From contig JAUFOQ010000001.1 in the NCBI GenBank assembly GCA_040285855.1, forward strand, positions 3,720,001-3,784,000: a DNA stretch of 64,000 nt, given 5' to 3'. The notes below the pieces were generated by a model, which had not been told where the DNA came from, did not search any database, and saw nothing but the letters and a program-made list of their open reading frames with translations. Positions 24,301 through 38,781 of this stretch are shown in pieces. Source of the stretch: Eukaryota sp. GEM-RC1. Taxonomy: Eukaryota. Position numbers and translations under genes: made by a program. The first letter of the stretch is position 1; the number at the start of each line of letters is the position of its first letter.

Positions 24301-27300
24301 TAACAACTCGTCTTTTTTTGGATAACAATTCTTCTCGTAATTGTAATTCAAGTTCTTTAGCTTCAGTCTGAATTTGGGATTTCAAAAGTTCTAATTCAGA
24401 TACACTTGACTGTAATTGAGAAACGTCAGCTTTTGAAAGTTCTAAGCAATTTTCCAGATCAGAAATAAGTTTAGAAGCTTCTAATTCTTTGTTCTTTAAC
24501 ACATTGTTTTCGACAAACGCGTTTTTCAAAACGGACTTCAAGTTTGACACATCATTTGAAGAATTTTGATTGAATGAATCAGGTGCATCGGAAAGGGAAT
24601 CTGAAAAATCAGTATTGATTGTAGAAAAGACGTCATCAACACTTGATTGTAAGGCCTCCAAATTTTGAGACAATGTCAAATTTTGTTCTTGTAATCCATT
24701 AATTTTCAATTCCAGATCAGTATTGAGTTTGTGAAGGAATTCAATTTGATCAGAGGAATTTTGAATTTGAACCTCTTGATTTGAAATATTTGACTTCAAA
24801 CTAGAGTTGACATTTTCTAAATCTGAAAGAGCATTCTGAGACTTTAACAACTCGTCTTTTTGGATAACAATTCTTCTCGTAATTGTGATTCAAGTTCTTT
24901 AGCTTCAGTCTGAATTTGGGATTTCAAAAGTTCTAATTCATATACACTTGACTGTAATTGAGAAACTTCAGCTTTTGAAAGTTCTAAGCAATTTTCCAGA
25001 TCAGAAATAAGTTTAGCAGCTTCTAATTCTTTGTTCTTTAACACATTGTTTTCGACAAAAGCGTTTTTCAAAACAGACTTCAAGTTTGACACATCATTTG
25101 AAGAATTTTGATTGAATGTATCAGGTGAATCGGAAAGGGAATCTGAAAAATCAGTATTGATTGTAGAAAAGACGTCATCAACACTTGATTGTAAACCCTC
25201 CAAATTTTGAGACAATGTCAAATTTTGTTCTTGTAATCCATTAATTTTCAATTCCAGATCAGTATTGAGTTTGTGAAGGAATTCAATTTGATCAGAGGAA
25301 TTTTGATTTTGAACCTCTTGATTTGAAATATTTGACTTCAAACTAGAGTTGATATTTTCTAAATCTGACAGAGCATTTTGAGACTGTAACAACTCGTCTT
25401 TTTGGATAACAATTCTTCTCGTAATTGTGATTCAAGTTCTTTAGCTTCAGTCTGAATTTGGGATTTCAAAAGTTCTAATTCAGATACACTTGACTGTAAT
25501 TGAGAAACTTCAGCTTTTGAAAGTTCTAAGCAATTTTCCAGATCAGAAATAAGTTTACCAGCTTCTAATTCTTTGTTCTTTAACACATTGTTTTCGACAA
25601 AAGCGTTTTTCAAAACAGACTTCAAGTTTGACACATCATTTGAAGAATTTTGATTGAATGTATCAGGTGAATCGGAAGGGAATCTGAAAAATCAGTATTG
25701 ATTGTAGAAAAGACGTCATCAACACTTGATTGTAAACCCTCCAAATTTTGAGACAATGTCAAATTTTGTTCTTGTAATCCATTAATTTTCAATTCCAGAT
25801 CAGTATTGAGTTTGTGAAGGAATTCAATTTGATCAGAGGAATTTTGATTTTGAACCTCTTGATTTGAAATATTTGACTTCAAACTAGAGTTGATATTTTC
25901 TAAATCTGACAGAGCATTTTGAGACTGTAACAACTCGTCTTTTTGGATAACAATTCTTCTCGTAATTGTGATTCAAGTTCTTTAGCTTCAGTCTGAATTT
26001 GGGATTTCAAAAGTTCTAATTCAGATACACTTGACTGTAATTGAGAAACTTCAGCTTTTGAAAGTTCTAAGCAATTTTCCAGATCAGAAATAAGTTTACC
26101 AGCTTCTAATTCTTTGTTCTTTAACACATTGTTTTCGACAAAAGCGTTTTTCAAAACAGACTTCAAGTTTGACACATCATTTGAAGAATTTTGATTGAAT
26201 GTATCAGGTGAATCGGAAAGGGAATCTGAGAAATCAGTATTGATTGTAGAAAAGACGTCATCAACACTTGATTGCAAGGCCTCCAAATTTTGAGACAATG
26301 TCAAATTTTGTTCTTGTAATCCATTAATTTTCAATTCCAGATCAGTATTGAGTTTGTGAAGGAATTCAATTTGATCAGAGGAATTTTGATTTTGAACCTC
26401 TTGATTTGAAATATTTGACTTCAAACTAGAATTGATATTTTCTAAATCTGACAGAGCATTTTGAGACTGTAACAACTCGTCTTTTTTGGATAACAATTCT
26501 TCTCGTAATTGTGATTCAAGTTCTTTAGCTTCAGTCTGAATTTGGGATTTCAAAAGTTCTAATTCAGATACACTTGACTGTAATTGAGAAACTTCAGCTT
26601 TTGAAAGTTCTAAGCAATTTTCCAGATCAGAAATAAGTTTACCAGCTTCTAATTCTTTGTTCTTTAACACATTGTTTTCGACAAAAGCGTTTTTCAAAAC
26701 AGACTTCAAGTTTGACACATCATTTGAAGAATTTTGATTGAATGTATCAGGTGAATCGGAAAGGGAATCTGAGAAATCAGTATTGATTGTAGAAAAGACG
26801 TCATCAACACTTGATTGCAAGGCCTCCAAATTTTGAGACAATGTCAAATTTTGTTCTTGTAATCCATTAATTTTCAATTCCAGATCAGTATTGAGTTTGT
26901 GAAGGAATTCAATTTGATCAGAGGAATTTTGATTTTGAACCTCTTGATTTGAAATATTTGACTTCAAACTAGAGTTGATATTTTCTAAATCTGAAAGAGC
27001 ATTTTGAGAATGTAACAACTCGTCTTCTTTGGATAACAATTCTTCTCGTAATTGTGATTCAAGTTCTTTAGCTTCAGTCTGAATTTGGGATTTCAAAAGT
27101 TCTAATTCAGATACACTTGACTGTAATTGAGAAACGTCAGCTTTTGAAAGTTCTAAGCAATTTTCCAGATCAGAAATAAGTTTACCAGCTTTTAATTCTT
27201 TGTTCTTTAACACATTGTTTTCGACAAACGCGTTTTTCAAAACAGACTTCAAGTTTGACACATCATTTGATGAATTTTGATTGAATGTATCAGGTGAATC

Positions 27301-30300
27301 GGAAAGGAAATCTGAAAAATCAGTATTGATTGTAGAAAAGACGTCATCAACACTTGATTGTACGGCCTCCAAATTTTCAGACAATGTCAAATTTTGTTCT
27401 TGTAATCCATTAATTTTCAATTCCAGATCAGTATTGAGTTTGTGAAGGAATTCAATTTGATCAGAGCAATTTTGATTTTGAACCTCTTGATTTGAAATAT
27501 TTGACTTCAAACTAGAGTTGATATTTTCTAAATCTGCAAGAGTATTTTGAGACTTTAACAACTCGTCTTCTTTGGATAACAATTCTTCTCGTAATTGTGA
27601 TTCAAGTTCTTTAGCTTCAGTCTGAATTTGGGATTTCAAAAGTTCTAATTCAGAAACACTTGACTGTAATTGAGAAACGTCAGCTTTTGAAAGTTCTAAG
27701 CAATTTTCTAGATCAGAAATAAGTTTAGAAGCTTCTAATTCTTTGTTCTTTAACACAATGTTTTCTACAAAAGCGTTTTTCAAAACAGACTTCAAGTTTG
27801 ACACATCATTTGAAGAATTTTGATTGAATGTATCAGGTGAATCGGAAAGGAAATCTGAAAAATCAGTATTGATTGTAGAAAAGACGTCATCAACACTTGA
27901 TTGTAAACTCTCCAAATTTTGAGACAATGCCAAATTTTGTTCTTGTAATCCATTAATTTTCAATTCCAGATCACTATTGAGTTTGTGAAGGAATTCAATT
28001 TGATCAGAGGAATTTTGAATTTGAACCTCTTGATTGGAAATATTTGACTTCAAACTAGAGTTGATATTTTCTAAATCTGAAAGAGCATTTTGAGACTGTA
28101 ACAACTCGTCTTTTTGGATAACAATTCTTCTCGTAATTGTAATTCAAGTTCTTTAGCTTCAGTCTGAATTTGGGATTTCAAAAGTTCTAATTCAGATACA
28201 CTTGACTGTAATTGAGAAACGTCAGCTTTTGAAAGTTCTAAGCAATTTTCCAGATCAGAAATAAGTTTAGAAGCTTCTAATTCTTTGTTCTTTAACACAT
28301 TGTTTTCGACAAACGCGTTTTTCAAAACGGACTTCAAGTTTGACACATCATTTGATGAATTTTGATTGAATGTATCAGGTGAATCGGAAAGGAAATCTGA
28401 AAAATCAGTATTGATTGTAGAAAAGACGTCATCAACACTTGATTGTACGGCCTCCAAATTTTCAGACAATGCCAAATTTTGTTCTTGTAATCCATTAATT
28501 TTCAATTCCAGATCACTATTGAGTTTGTGAAGGAATTCAATTTGATCAGAGGAATTTTGAATTTGAACCTCTTGATTGGAAATATTTGACTTCAAACTAG
28601 AGTTGATATTTTCTAAATCTGAAAGAGCATTTTGAGACTGTAACAACTCGTCTTTTTGGATAACAATTCTTCTCGTAATTGTAATTCAAGTTCTTTAGCT
28701 TCAGTCTGAATTTGGGATTTCAAAAGTTCTAATTCAGATACACTTGACTGTAATTGAGAAACGTCAGCTTTTGAAAGTTCTAAGCAATTTTCCAGATCAG
28801 AAATAAGTTTAGAAGCTTCTAATTCTTTGTTCTTTAACACATTGTTTTCGACAAACGCGTTTTTCAAAACGGACTTCAAGTTTGACACATCATTTGAAGA
28901 ATTTTGATTGAATGTATCAGGTGAATCGGAAAGGAAATCTGAAAAATCAGTATTGATTGTAGAAAAGACGTCATCAACACTTGATTGTAAACTCTCCAAA
29001 TTTTGAGACAATGCCAAATTTTGTTCTTGTAATCCATTAATTTTCAATTCCAGATCACTATTGAGTTTGTGAAGGAATTCAATTTGATCAGAGGAATTTT
29101 GAATTTGAACCTCTTGATTGGAAATATTTGACTTCAAACTAGAGTTGATATTTTCTAAATCTGAAAGAGCATTTTGAGACTGTAACAACTCGTCTTTTTG
29201 GATAACAATTCTTCTCGTAATTGTAATTCAAGTTCTTTAGCTTCAGTCTGAATTTGGGATTTCAAAAGTTCTAATTCAGATACACTTGACTGTAATTGAG
29301 AAACGTCAGCTTTTGAAAGTTCTAAGCAATTTTCCAGATCAGAAATAAGTTTAGAAGCTTCTAATTCTTTGTTCTTTAACACATTGTTTTCGACAAACGC
29401 GTTTTTCAAAACGGACTTCAAGTTTGACACATCATTTGATGAATTTTGATTGAATGTATCAGGTGAATCGGAAAGGAAATCTGAAAAATCAGTATTGATT
29501 GTAGAAAAGACGTCATCAACACTTGATTGTACGGCCTCCAAATTTTCAGACAATGCCAAATTTTGTTCTTGTAATCCATTAATTTTCAATTCCAGATCAC
29601 TATTGAGTTTGTGAAGGAATTCAATTTGATCAGAGGAATTTTGAATTTGAACCTCTTGATTGGAAATATTTGACTTCAAACTAGAGTTGATATTTTCTAA
29701 ATCTGAAAGAGCATTTTGAGACTGTAACAACTCGTCTTTTTGGATAACAATTCTTCTCGTAATTGTAATTCAAGTTCTTTAGCTTCAGTCTGAATTTGGG
29801 ATTTCAAAAGTTCTAATTCAGATACACTTGACTGTAATTGAGAAACGTCAGCTTTTGAAAGTTCTAAGCAATTTTCCAGATCAGAAATAAGTTTAGAAGC
29901 TTCTAATTCTTTGTTCTTTAACACATTGTTTTCGACAAACGCGTTTTTCAAAACAGACTTCAAGTTTGACACATCATTTGATGAATTTTGATTGAATGTA
30001 TCAGGTGAATCGGAAAGGAAATCTGAAAAATCAGTATTGATTGTAGAAAAGACGTCATCAACACTTGATTGTACGGCCTCCAAATTTTCAGACAATGTCA
30101 AATTTTGTTCTTGTAATCCATTAATTTTCAATTCCAGGTCACTATTGAGTTTGTGAAGGAATTCAATTTGATCAGAGGAATTTTGAATTTGAACCTCTTG
30201 ATTTGAAATATTTGACTTCAAACTAGAGTTGATATTTTCTAAATCTGAAAGAGCATTTTGAGACTGTAACAACTCGTCTTCTTTGGATAACAATTCTTCT

Positions 30301-33300
30301 CGTAATTGTGATTCAAGTTCTTTAGCTTCAGTCTGAATTTGGGATTTCAAAAGTTCTAATTCAGATACACTTGACTGTAATTGAAAAACGTCAGCTTTTG
30401 AAAGTTCTAAGCAATTTTCTAGATCAGAAATAAGTTTACCAGCTTCTAATTCTTTGTTCTTTAACACATTGTTTTCGACAAAAGCGTTTTTCAAAACGGA
30501 CTTCAAGTTTGACACATCATTTGAAGAATTTTGATTGAATGTATCAGGTGAATCGGAAAGGGATTCTGAAAAATCAGTATTGATTGTAGAAAAGACGTCA
30601 TCAACACTTGATTGTAAGACTTCCAAATTTTCAGACAATGTCAAATTTCGTTCTTGTAATCCATTAATTTTCAATTCCAGGTCACTATTGAGTTTGTGAA
30701 GGAATTCAATTTGATCAGAGGAATTTTGATTTTGAACCTCTTGATTTGAAATATTTGACTTCAAACTAGAGTTGATATTTTCTAAATCTGAAAGAGCATT
30801 TTGAGACTGTAACAACTCGTCTTCTTTGGATAACAATTCTTCTCGTAATTGTGATTCAAGTTCTTTAGCTTCAGTCTGAATTTGGGATTTCAAAAGTTCT
30901 AATTCAGATACACTTGACTGTAATTGAAAAACGTCAGCTTTTGAAAGTTCTAAGCAATTTTCTAGATCAGAAATAAGTTTACCAGCTTCTAATTCTTTGT
31001 TCTTTAACACATTGTTTTCGACAAAAGCGTTTTTCAAAACAGACTTCAAGTTTGACACATCATTTGAAGAATTTTGATTGAATGTATCAGGTGAATCGGA
31101 AAGGGATTCTGAAAAATCAGTATTGATTGTAGAAAAGACGTCATCAACACTTGATTGTAAGACTTCCAAATTTTGAGACAATGCCAAATTTCGTTCTTGT
31201 AATCCATTAATTTTCAATTCCAGGTCACTATTGAGTTTGTGAAGGAATTCAATTTGATCAGAGGAATTTTGATTTTGAACTTCTTGATTTGAAATACTTG
31301 ACTTCAAACTAGAGTTGATATTTTCTAAATCTGAAAGAGCATTTTGAGACTGTAACAACTCGTCTTTTTTGGATAACAATTCTTCTCGTAATTGTAATTC
31401 AAGTTCTTTAGCTTCAGTCTGAATTTGGGATTTCAAAAGTTCTAATTCAGATACACTTGACTGTAATTGAGAAACGTCAGCTTTTGAAAGTTCTAAGCAA
31501 TTTTCCAGATCAGAAATAAGTTTACCAGCTTTTAATTCTTTGTTCTTTAACACATTGTTTTCGACAAACGCGTTTTTCAAAACGGACTTCAAGTTTGACA
31601 CATCATTTGATGAATTTTGATTGAATGTATCAGGTGAATCGGAAAGGAAATCTGAAAAATCAGTATTGATTGTAGAAAAGACGTCATCAACACTTGATTG
31701 TACGGCCTCCAAATTTTCAGACAATGTCAAATTTTGTTCTTGTAATCCATTAATTTTCAATTCCAGATCAGTATTGAGTTTGTGAAGGAATTCAATTTGA
31801 TCAGAGCAATTTTGATTTTGAACCTCTTGATTTGAAATATTTGACTTCAAACTAGAGTTGATATTTTCTAAATCTGCAAGAGTATTTTGAGACTTTAACA
31901 ACTCGTCTTCTTTGGATAACAATTCTTCTCGTAATTGTGATTCAAGTTCTTTAGCTTCAGTCTGAATTTGGGATTTCAAAAGTTCTAATTCAGATACACT
32001 TGACTGTAATTGAGAAACGTCAGCTTTTGAAAGTTCTAAGCAATTTTCCAGATCAGAAATAAGTTTAGAAGCTTCTAATTCTTTGTTCTTTAACACATTG
32101 TTTTCGACAAAAGCGTTTTTCAAAACGGACTTCAAGTTTGACACATCATTTGAAGAATTTTGATTGAATGTATCAGGTGAATCGGAAAGGAAATCTGAAA
32201 AATCAGTATTGATTGTAGAAAAGACGTCATCAACACTTGATTGTACGGCCTCCAAATTTTCAGACAATGTCAAATTTCGTTCTTGTAATCCATTAATTTT
32301 CAATTCCAGGTCACTATTGAGTTTGTGAAGGAATTCAATTTGATCAGAGGAATTTTGATTTTGAACCTCTTGATTTGAAATATTTGACTTCAAACTAGAG
32401 TTGATATTTTCTAAATCTGAAAGAGCATTTTGAGACTGTAACAACTCGTCTTCTTTGGATAACAATTCTTCTCGTAATTGTAATTCAAGTTCTTTAGCTT
32501 CAGTCTGAATTTGGGATTTCAAAAGTTCTAATTCAGAAACACTTGACTGTAATTGAGAAACGTCAGCTTTTGAAAGTTCTAAGCAATTTTCTAGATCAGA
32601 AATAAGTTTACCAGCTTCTAATTCTTTCTTTTTTAACACATTGTTTTCGACAAAAGCGTTCTTCAAAACGGACTTCAAATTTGACACGTCATTTGAAGAA
32701 TTTTGATTGAATGTATCAGGTGAATCGGAAAGGAAATCTGAAAAATCAGTATTGATTGTAGAAAATACGTCATCAACACTTGATTGTACGGCCTCCAAAT
32801 TTTCAGACAATGTCAAATTTTGTTCTTGTAATCCATTAATTTTCAATTCCAGATCAGTATTGAGTTTGTGAAGGAATTCAATTTGATCAGAGGAATTTTG
32901 AATTTGAACCTCTTGATTTGAAATATTTGACTTCAAACTAGAATTGATATTTTCTAAATCTGAAAGAGCATTTTGAGACTTTAACAACTCGTCTTCTTTG
33001 GATAACAATTCTTCTCGTAATTGAGATTCAAGTTCTTTAGCTTCAGTCTGAATTTGGGATTTCAAAAGTTCTAATTCAGAAACACTTGACTGTAATTGAG
33101 AAACTTCAGCTTTTGAAAGTTCTAAGCAATTTTCTAGATCAGAAATAAGTTTACCAGCTTCTAATTCTTTGTTCTTTAACACATTGTTTTCGACAAAAGC
33201 GTTTTTCAAAACAGACTTCAAGTTTGACACATCATTTGAAGAATTTTGATTGAATGAATCAGGTGAATCGGAAAGGGAATCTGAAAAATCAGTATTGATT

Positions 33301-36300
33301 GTAGAAAAGACGTCATCAACACTTGATTGTACGGCCTCCAAATTTTCAGACAATGTGAAATTTCGTTCTTGTAATCCATTAATTTTCAATTCCAGATCAG
33401 TATTGAGTTTGTGAAGGAATTCAATTTGATCAGAGGAATTTTGAATTTGAACCTCTTGATTTGAAATATTTGACTTCAAACTAGAATTGATATTTTCTAA
33501 ATCTGAAAGAGCATTTTGAGACTTTAACAACTCGTCTTCTTTGGATAACAATTCTTCTCGTAATTGAGATTCAAGTTCTTTAGCTTCAGTCTGAATTTGG
33601 GATTTCAAAAGTTCTAATTCAGAAACACTTGACTGTAATTGAGAAACTTCAGCTTTTGAAAGTTCTAAGCAATTTTCTAGATCAGAAATAAGTTTACCAG
33701 CTTCTAATTCTTTGTTCTTTAACACATTGTTTTCGACAAAAGCGTTTTTCAAAACAGACTTCAAGTTTGACACATCATTTGAAGAATTTTGATTGAATGA
33801 ATCAGGTGAATCGGAAAGGGAATCTGAAAAATCAGTATTGATTGTAGAAAAGACGTCATCAACACTTGATTGTACGGCCTCCAAATTTTCAGACAATGTG
33901 AAATTTCGTTCTTGTAATCCATTAATTTTCAATTCCAGGTCACTATTGAGTTTGTGAAGGAATTCAATTTGATCAGAGGAATTTTGATTTTGAACCTCTT
34001 GATTTGAAATACTTGACTTCAAACTAGAGTTGATATTTTCTAAATCTGAAAGAGCATTTTGAGACTGTAACAACTCGTCTTTTTGGATAACAATTCTTCT
34101 CGTAATTGTAATTCAAGTTCTTTAGCTTCAGTCTGAATTTGGGATTTCAAAAGTTCTAATTCAGAAACACTTGACTGTAATTGAGAAACGTCAGCTTTTG
34201 AAAGTTCTAAGCAATTTTCTAGATCAGAAATAAGTTTACCAGCTTCTAATTCTTTCTTTTTTAACACATTGTTTTCGACAAAAGCGTTCTTCAAAACGGA
34301 CTTCAAATTTGACACGTCATTTGATGAATTTTGATTGAATGAATCAGGTGCATCGGAAAGGGAATCTGAAAAATCAGTATTGATTGTAGAAAAACGTCAT
34401 CAACACTTGATTGTAAACCCTCCAAATTTTGAGACAATGCCAAATTTTGTTCTTGTAATCCATAAATTTTCAATTCCAGGTCACTATTGAGTTTGTGAAG
34501 GAATTCAATTTGATCAGAGGAATTTTGATTTTGAACCTCTTGATTTGATATATTTGACTTCAATCTAGAGTTGATATTTTCTAAATCTGAAAGAGCATTT
34601 TGAGACTGTAACAACTGGTCTTCTTTGGATAACAATTCTTCTCGTAATTGAGATTCAAGTTCTTTAGCTTCAGTCTGAATTTGGGATTTCAAAAGTTCTA
34701 ATTCAGAAACACTTGACTGTAATTGAGAAACGTCAGCTTTTGAAAGTTCTAAGCAATTTTCTAGATCAGAGATAATTTTACCAGCTTCTAATTCTTTGTT
34801 CTTTAATTCAATATTTTCGACAAAAGCGTTTTTCAAAACGGACTTCAAGTTTGACACATCATTTGATGAATTTTGATTGAATGAATCCGGTGCATCGGAA
34901 AGGGAATCTGAGAAATCAGTATTGATTGTAGAAAAGACGTCATCAACACTTGATTGCAAGGTCTCCAAATTTTGAGACAATGTCAAATTTTGATCCCCCA
35001 AATATTTGACTTCTGAACGGAGTTTAGTAATGGATTGAGAATTCTTCTCTGAAATAGCTCTCAGCTTCAAACAATTAGGAACAATGTGATGAATTAACCA
35101 TGATAATTGAGCGAGACTTGAACTGGAACTGATTGACTCTGATACAGGCAAGGGTTCATCAATCAAAAAATCAAGTTCAGGAGATTTGAAAACACTGATT
35201 AACTTTTTGATTTCTTCGTTACAAGAGTACTCATTAGAAGTAACTACATTGAGCCGATTAGAAAGGTTTGAATTTTCAAATTCTAATTCAGCCAGTTCAC
35301 CGACTAATCTTTCGCAAGACTGTTCCAGCTCCTTGTACAATTGAGTCACGTCATCATAAGCCTTCTGGACACTTTCCAAGTTCTTCTTCGTGTTATTGAA
35401 TTGAATTTCCTGATATTTAAAATTTGATTGTGAATCCGCTAAATCATGTTGTAATTGTTGAACTGCGGCTTGACTATCTTCAAGAATTGGTTTAAGTTGG
35501 AAGTAATCAGATTCAGTTGTAGATAGTTTCTCTAATTGACCTTTGAGGGTCGAAATTTCGGTATCAAGAATTGTATTTTGATCGTGCATTGTAGTAACTC
35601 GAGTTTGAAACTGATCAATTGTGGCCGCTAAATGATGATTTTCTTTTAGAATATCCTGAGTTTTACTCAATAAATCACAAGGTTTGACACCTAATAATGA
35701 GCTTAAAGCGGAAACAGTCCCAGATTGAGTTTTGAGCTTACGAAGTTCTGAAGTTAGCAGGAGATTGGAATCATTGGAACTAGGTGAAATTTTGAATAAT
35801 TTAAAAATTGAGTTGAGATACGATTTCGTATTATCATTTTTGAGGGATTCAATTTCTGATATCAAGTTAGAGTTTTCATACTCCAGCTTCATCACTCGCT
35901 CAAAGACTTCACGTGACTGATCACGTGACTCATCACGTGACTGATCAGGTGATGAAGGAGTTGATGGAGAAATGTTCTGGATAGCTTCTTCCCTTTTTTC
36001 TTTGATTGGATCAGGATCAGGGGATTGTTGTTCAAAAAAAGGAGATTGATCATCTGTTTCAAGAAAATCTTGGAGTGACGTGTCTGCTTGTGATTGACTG
36101 GCAGAAGAGCTCAACTCCACGTCATCAGCTTCCTCGTGAATTTCCGAAACATCAATCCCCATAGCTTCCATAGGATTATCCCAAGTACTAATACTGCCGT
36201 CTACACTTGAAGCCCACATTTGATTGATTCCAGGAACTGCACAAACAGAAGTAATCCTAGCAGCATGGCAATCAATTTTGATGTGACTGTTCATTGATGT

Positions 36301-37188
36301 ACATTCCAAATTAGCAAAATCCCAAACTACCAATCTGCCCTTAGAATCTCCTGTCCAAACAGTAGTTTGAAATGATGACAAAGCAGTGACGTGATGATTG
36401 TGACCCTTCAGTTGACCAATCAAATGTCCCGTGTTTGGTTCATAGACTCGTAAACTTCCATCAACAGTGCCACAAAGTAAGAAAGATCTCTCAGGGTGGA
36501 GCAGTATAGACACAACTGAAGGAGAACCAGCAGAGCCCAAGGCGTCTCGAAGAAACCTGACAGCGGCGAAGGAGTGCCTGTGAATTCTATAACCAAGGAG
36601 ATAAGCTCCAAAAACGAAGAAAATGCAGTCATTATAAGAAACAATATCGCTAACTTGGCCTTTTAAAGACAGAATAGTCTTGATGAGTTTACCAGAGACT
36701 CTATTGTATAGTTTAATAAACCCCTGAGAAGTGCCAACAAACACGCCCATTGATGGAGAATCTTGAAGAGCAACTACCGAATCGTTTTGAACTTTGATCT
36801 GGTGGAGTAGAGCGAAAGACCTGGGATCATAGATAAGGACTTCACCAGTGGAAGTTCCACACCAAAGCTTGGACTTGTTATTGTAAACAACAGAGATGAG
36901 GGAAGTGGGGACTGATTTGCCTGTGGAAATGGTGTTCTCAACCGAGCCTGTCACTGGATCAAAGACACGAATGAATTTGTCTTGATATGCACCGAAGATC
37001 CGCTGTCCACAGCTACACATAGAACGCACATGTTTGGAAATTGGTGTGAGATTTGAGGGAAGGGATGAATTTTTGAGGGATGAGTAGTTGACAGGACTTG
37101 ACTGTTGGCGAATGACACCACGAGAAAAGGAGTAGCCGCAAGTGGCCAGACGAAGAGTTTTGGGAGTTAAGGGTTCGGTTTCCTTCAT
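21349..37188 (-). CDS. Giant (~5,300 aa) protein: N-terminal WD40 beta-propeller, coiled coil, ~22.5 x 181-aa repeats and a coiled-coil C-terminus
   Basis: WD-like motifs (LWCGTSTGEVLIYD, GHNHHVTAL..WTGDSKGRLVVWD, MWASSVDGSISTWD). Fifteen ORF pieces join by single-base corrections at homopolymer runs. The exact stop is uncertain. Confidence 0.85.
22740..34993 (-). repeat. Coding tandem repeat, 543-bp unit, ~22.5 copies
   Basis: The unit LQSQNALSDLEN...LREELLSKEDE recurs every 543 bp (541-544 where indels occur) with few substitutions. Confidence 0.98.
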
Positions 37189-37591
37189 TGAGAGTGTTGG
37201 AGATTCTGAGTGTTGTTTCTTCTAACAACAATGTAAGTTGATTAAACTTCTCAATGATGATAACTATACTGCTAGTATTAGAGTATCAATGTCATTTAAA
37301 TTATTGCCCAAGTTACTGTTTGATACGCTAAAAAATTACAAACAATTTATACATCCTTTCAATTCTTTTCTTCTTATTGAATACATTTTTCCGCTGTGTG
37401 TCCCTAAACTACAGAAACAATCCATCAACTTTCATAAAAGCTTGAACTTTAATAATAGTATAAGCTTGGCTAAAATTGAGAGTCCCGCTTTTTGTGCTTT
37501 TTTTGAAATGCATTTCTAGTGATGAGGCTTCTACTTTGATTACGCGATCTCCTCAAAGATATAGTTTCAACTTAAAAGATCTTGAATGGCT

Positions 37592-37854
37592 CTTTGGTTT
37601 CTCTCTGATTTTGAGAAAGTTGTCAAAAAAAGTATGAAAAAGTTTTGGTTGAGTAGTATTGCCTCTACAAAATTTAAAACAATTCAAATCATGATTTCAA
37701 AGCACTGTTAGCTCTCAATATTTTTTATGAAGAAAAAGCTGATGTGAGTTTTAATGGCAATGAATGTTGTCATAATGATATTGAGTTCTAGTTTTTGTAT
37801 TTGTCTAACTGTTTATGTTACATAAAGAAAACAAAAATAGTAAACCGAAACAAA
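37592..37854 (+). mobile_element. Family C 3' fragment with A-rich tail and 9-bp TSD
   Basis: Matches the family C C-terminus. TGAATGGCT is duplicated at 37583-37591 and 37855-37863. Confidence 0.75.
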
Positions 37855-37894
37855 TGAATGGCTTATCAACATTCTTTTGAGTTAGGTTTATGGT

Positions 37895-38429
37895 TAGGAT
37901 TGTAATTTTGAGTCAAGCTGACTCGCTGAGCTTTGAAGCAGTCAGCTTGAGTCAGGCTCATTTGACTCATGAGTCGAGTCAAACTTGTGTTTCTTTCTGT
38001 GAGTCAGCTCTACTCAAGTTTACTCTAATAAGCAAAATTTAATACAAATTAAACGTATTCTATTACGACACCGTGTTCATCGAATTAGTTGTTCTCTGTA
38101 TGAATTTATTTGTTTTTCCTCAGTGTCGTCATCAAACCCCATCTTTATTAACGATGACTCCAGTAAAGTTCGTTCTCCTGTTTGGAGTTCTCTGCTGCAA
38201 ACCAAATTGTAACAAAGAAAAGGGCTAGACTATATGACGATACTGCAAGGGCTTTACTGTGTTTACGCTCGTGGTACGAAACAGGTGTATTAAATTCAGA
38301 TCAGTAGAAAACAGTAGGATTTGTGTTATGTTATATATTAGTAGTACAATAAAAAATAGCATTCAAACTGAGTCAGCTCGAGTCAGGCTTCAAATTGTAG
38401 GCTTGACTCGGCTCATTTAAACAACCCTG
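37895..38429 (+). mobile_element. Internally deleted hAT transposon with a transposase C-terminal dimerization-domain remnant
   Basis: 8-bp TSD TTTATGGT/TTTATGGC, imperfect TIRs TAGGATTGT../CAGGGTTGT.. and GAGTCA/TGACTC subterminal repeats. Bases 38185-38307 translate to EFSAANQIVTKKRARLYDDTARALLCLRSWYETGVLNSDQ*, a hATC-type motif. Confidence 0.85.
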
Positions 38430-38781
38430 TTTATGGCCTGTTGGTCTCCTTCCAAAGTGACCTTGTGAGTGGTTCTTCTTTAACCTCTTTCCATCATGTG
38501 GTCAACTGTCATAAGTTTATTCATTTACAATCAATTATTTACAATAGTTTACGTGATCAATGTTTAGAATTGCTTAAAAGCAATGGTTTTCATGGAAAAA
38601 TCGAACCAGTTTTAAATACTGTATCTGACTCCAATAATGAGAGATTAGAGCAAATGTGATTTGATTGGTCATTGGTTGTCCTCTCAAGAAATAATTATGG
38701 ACTTTACTACGGTTTGATGCTTGTAACTGATCTTCTGTTAACAAAATTTTAGACGAAAATTGTTCAGCTTTTGAAACTCCT

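Noticed and set aside
23760..34400. Programmed ribosomal frameshifting at the recurring TCC-AAAAA-GAC site in the giant gene
   Set aside because: The same site appears as A5 (nine times), A6 (in frame, 26481 and 31364), A7 (24312) and AAAGAA. Single-base losses in homopolymers also break importin, SAS6L and other conserved genes. Long-read homopolymer error is the simplest explanation, though accurate reads are needed to confirm it.
35908..35946. Triple TCACGTGAC E-box-like repeat
   Set aside because: It lies inside the coding sequence and is explained as a 12-nt SRDQ/SRDE peptide repeat.
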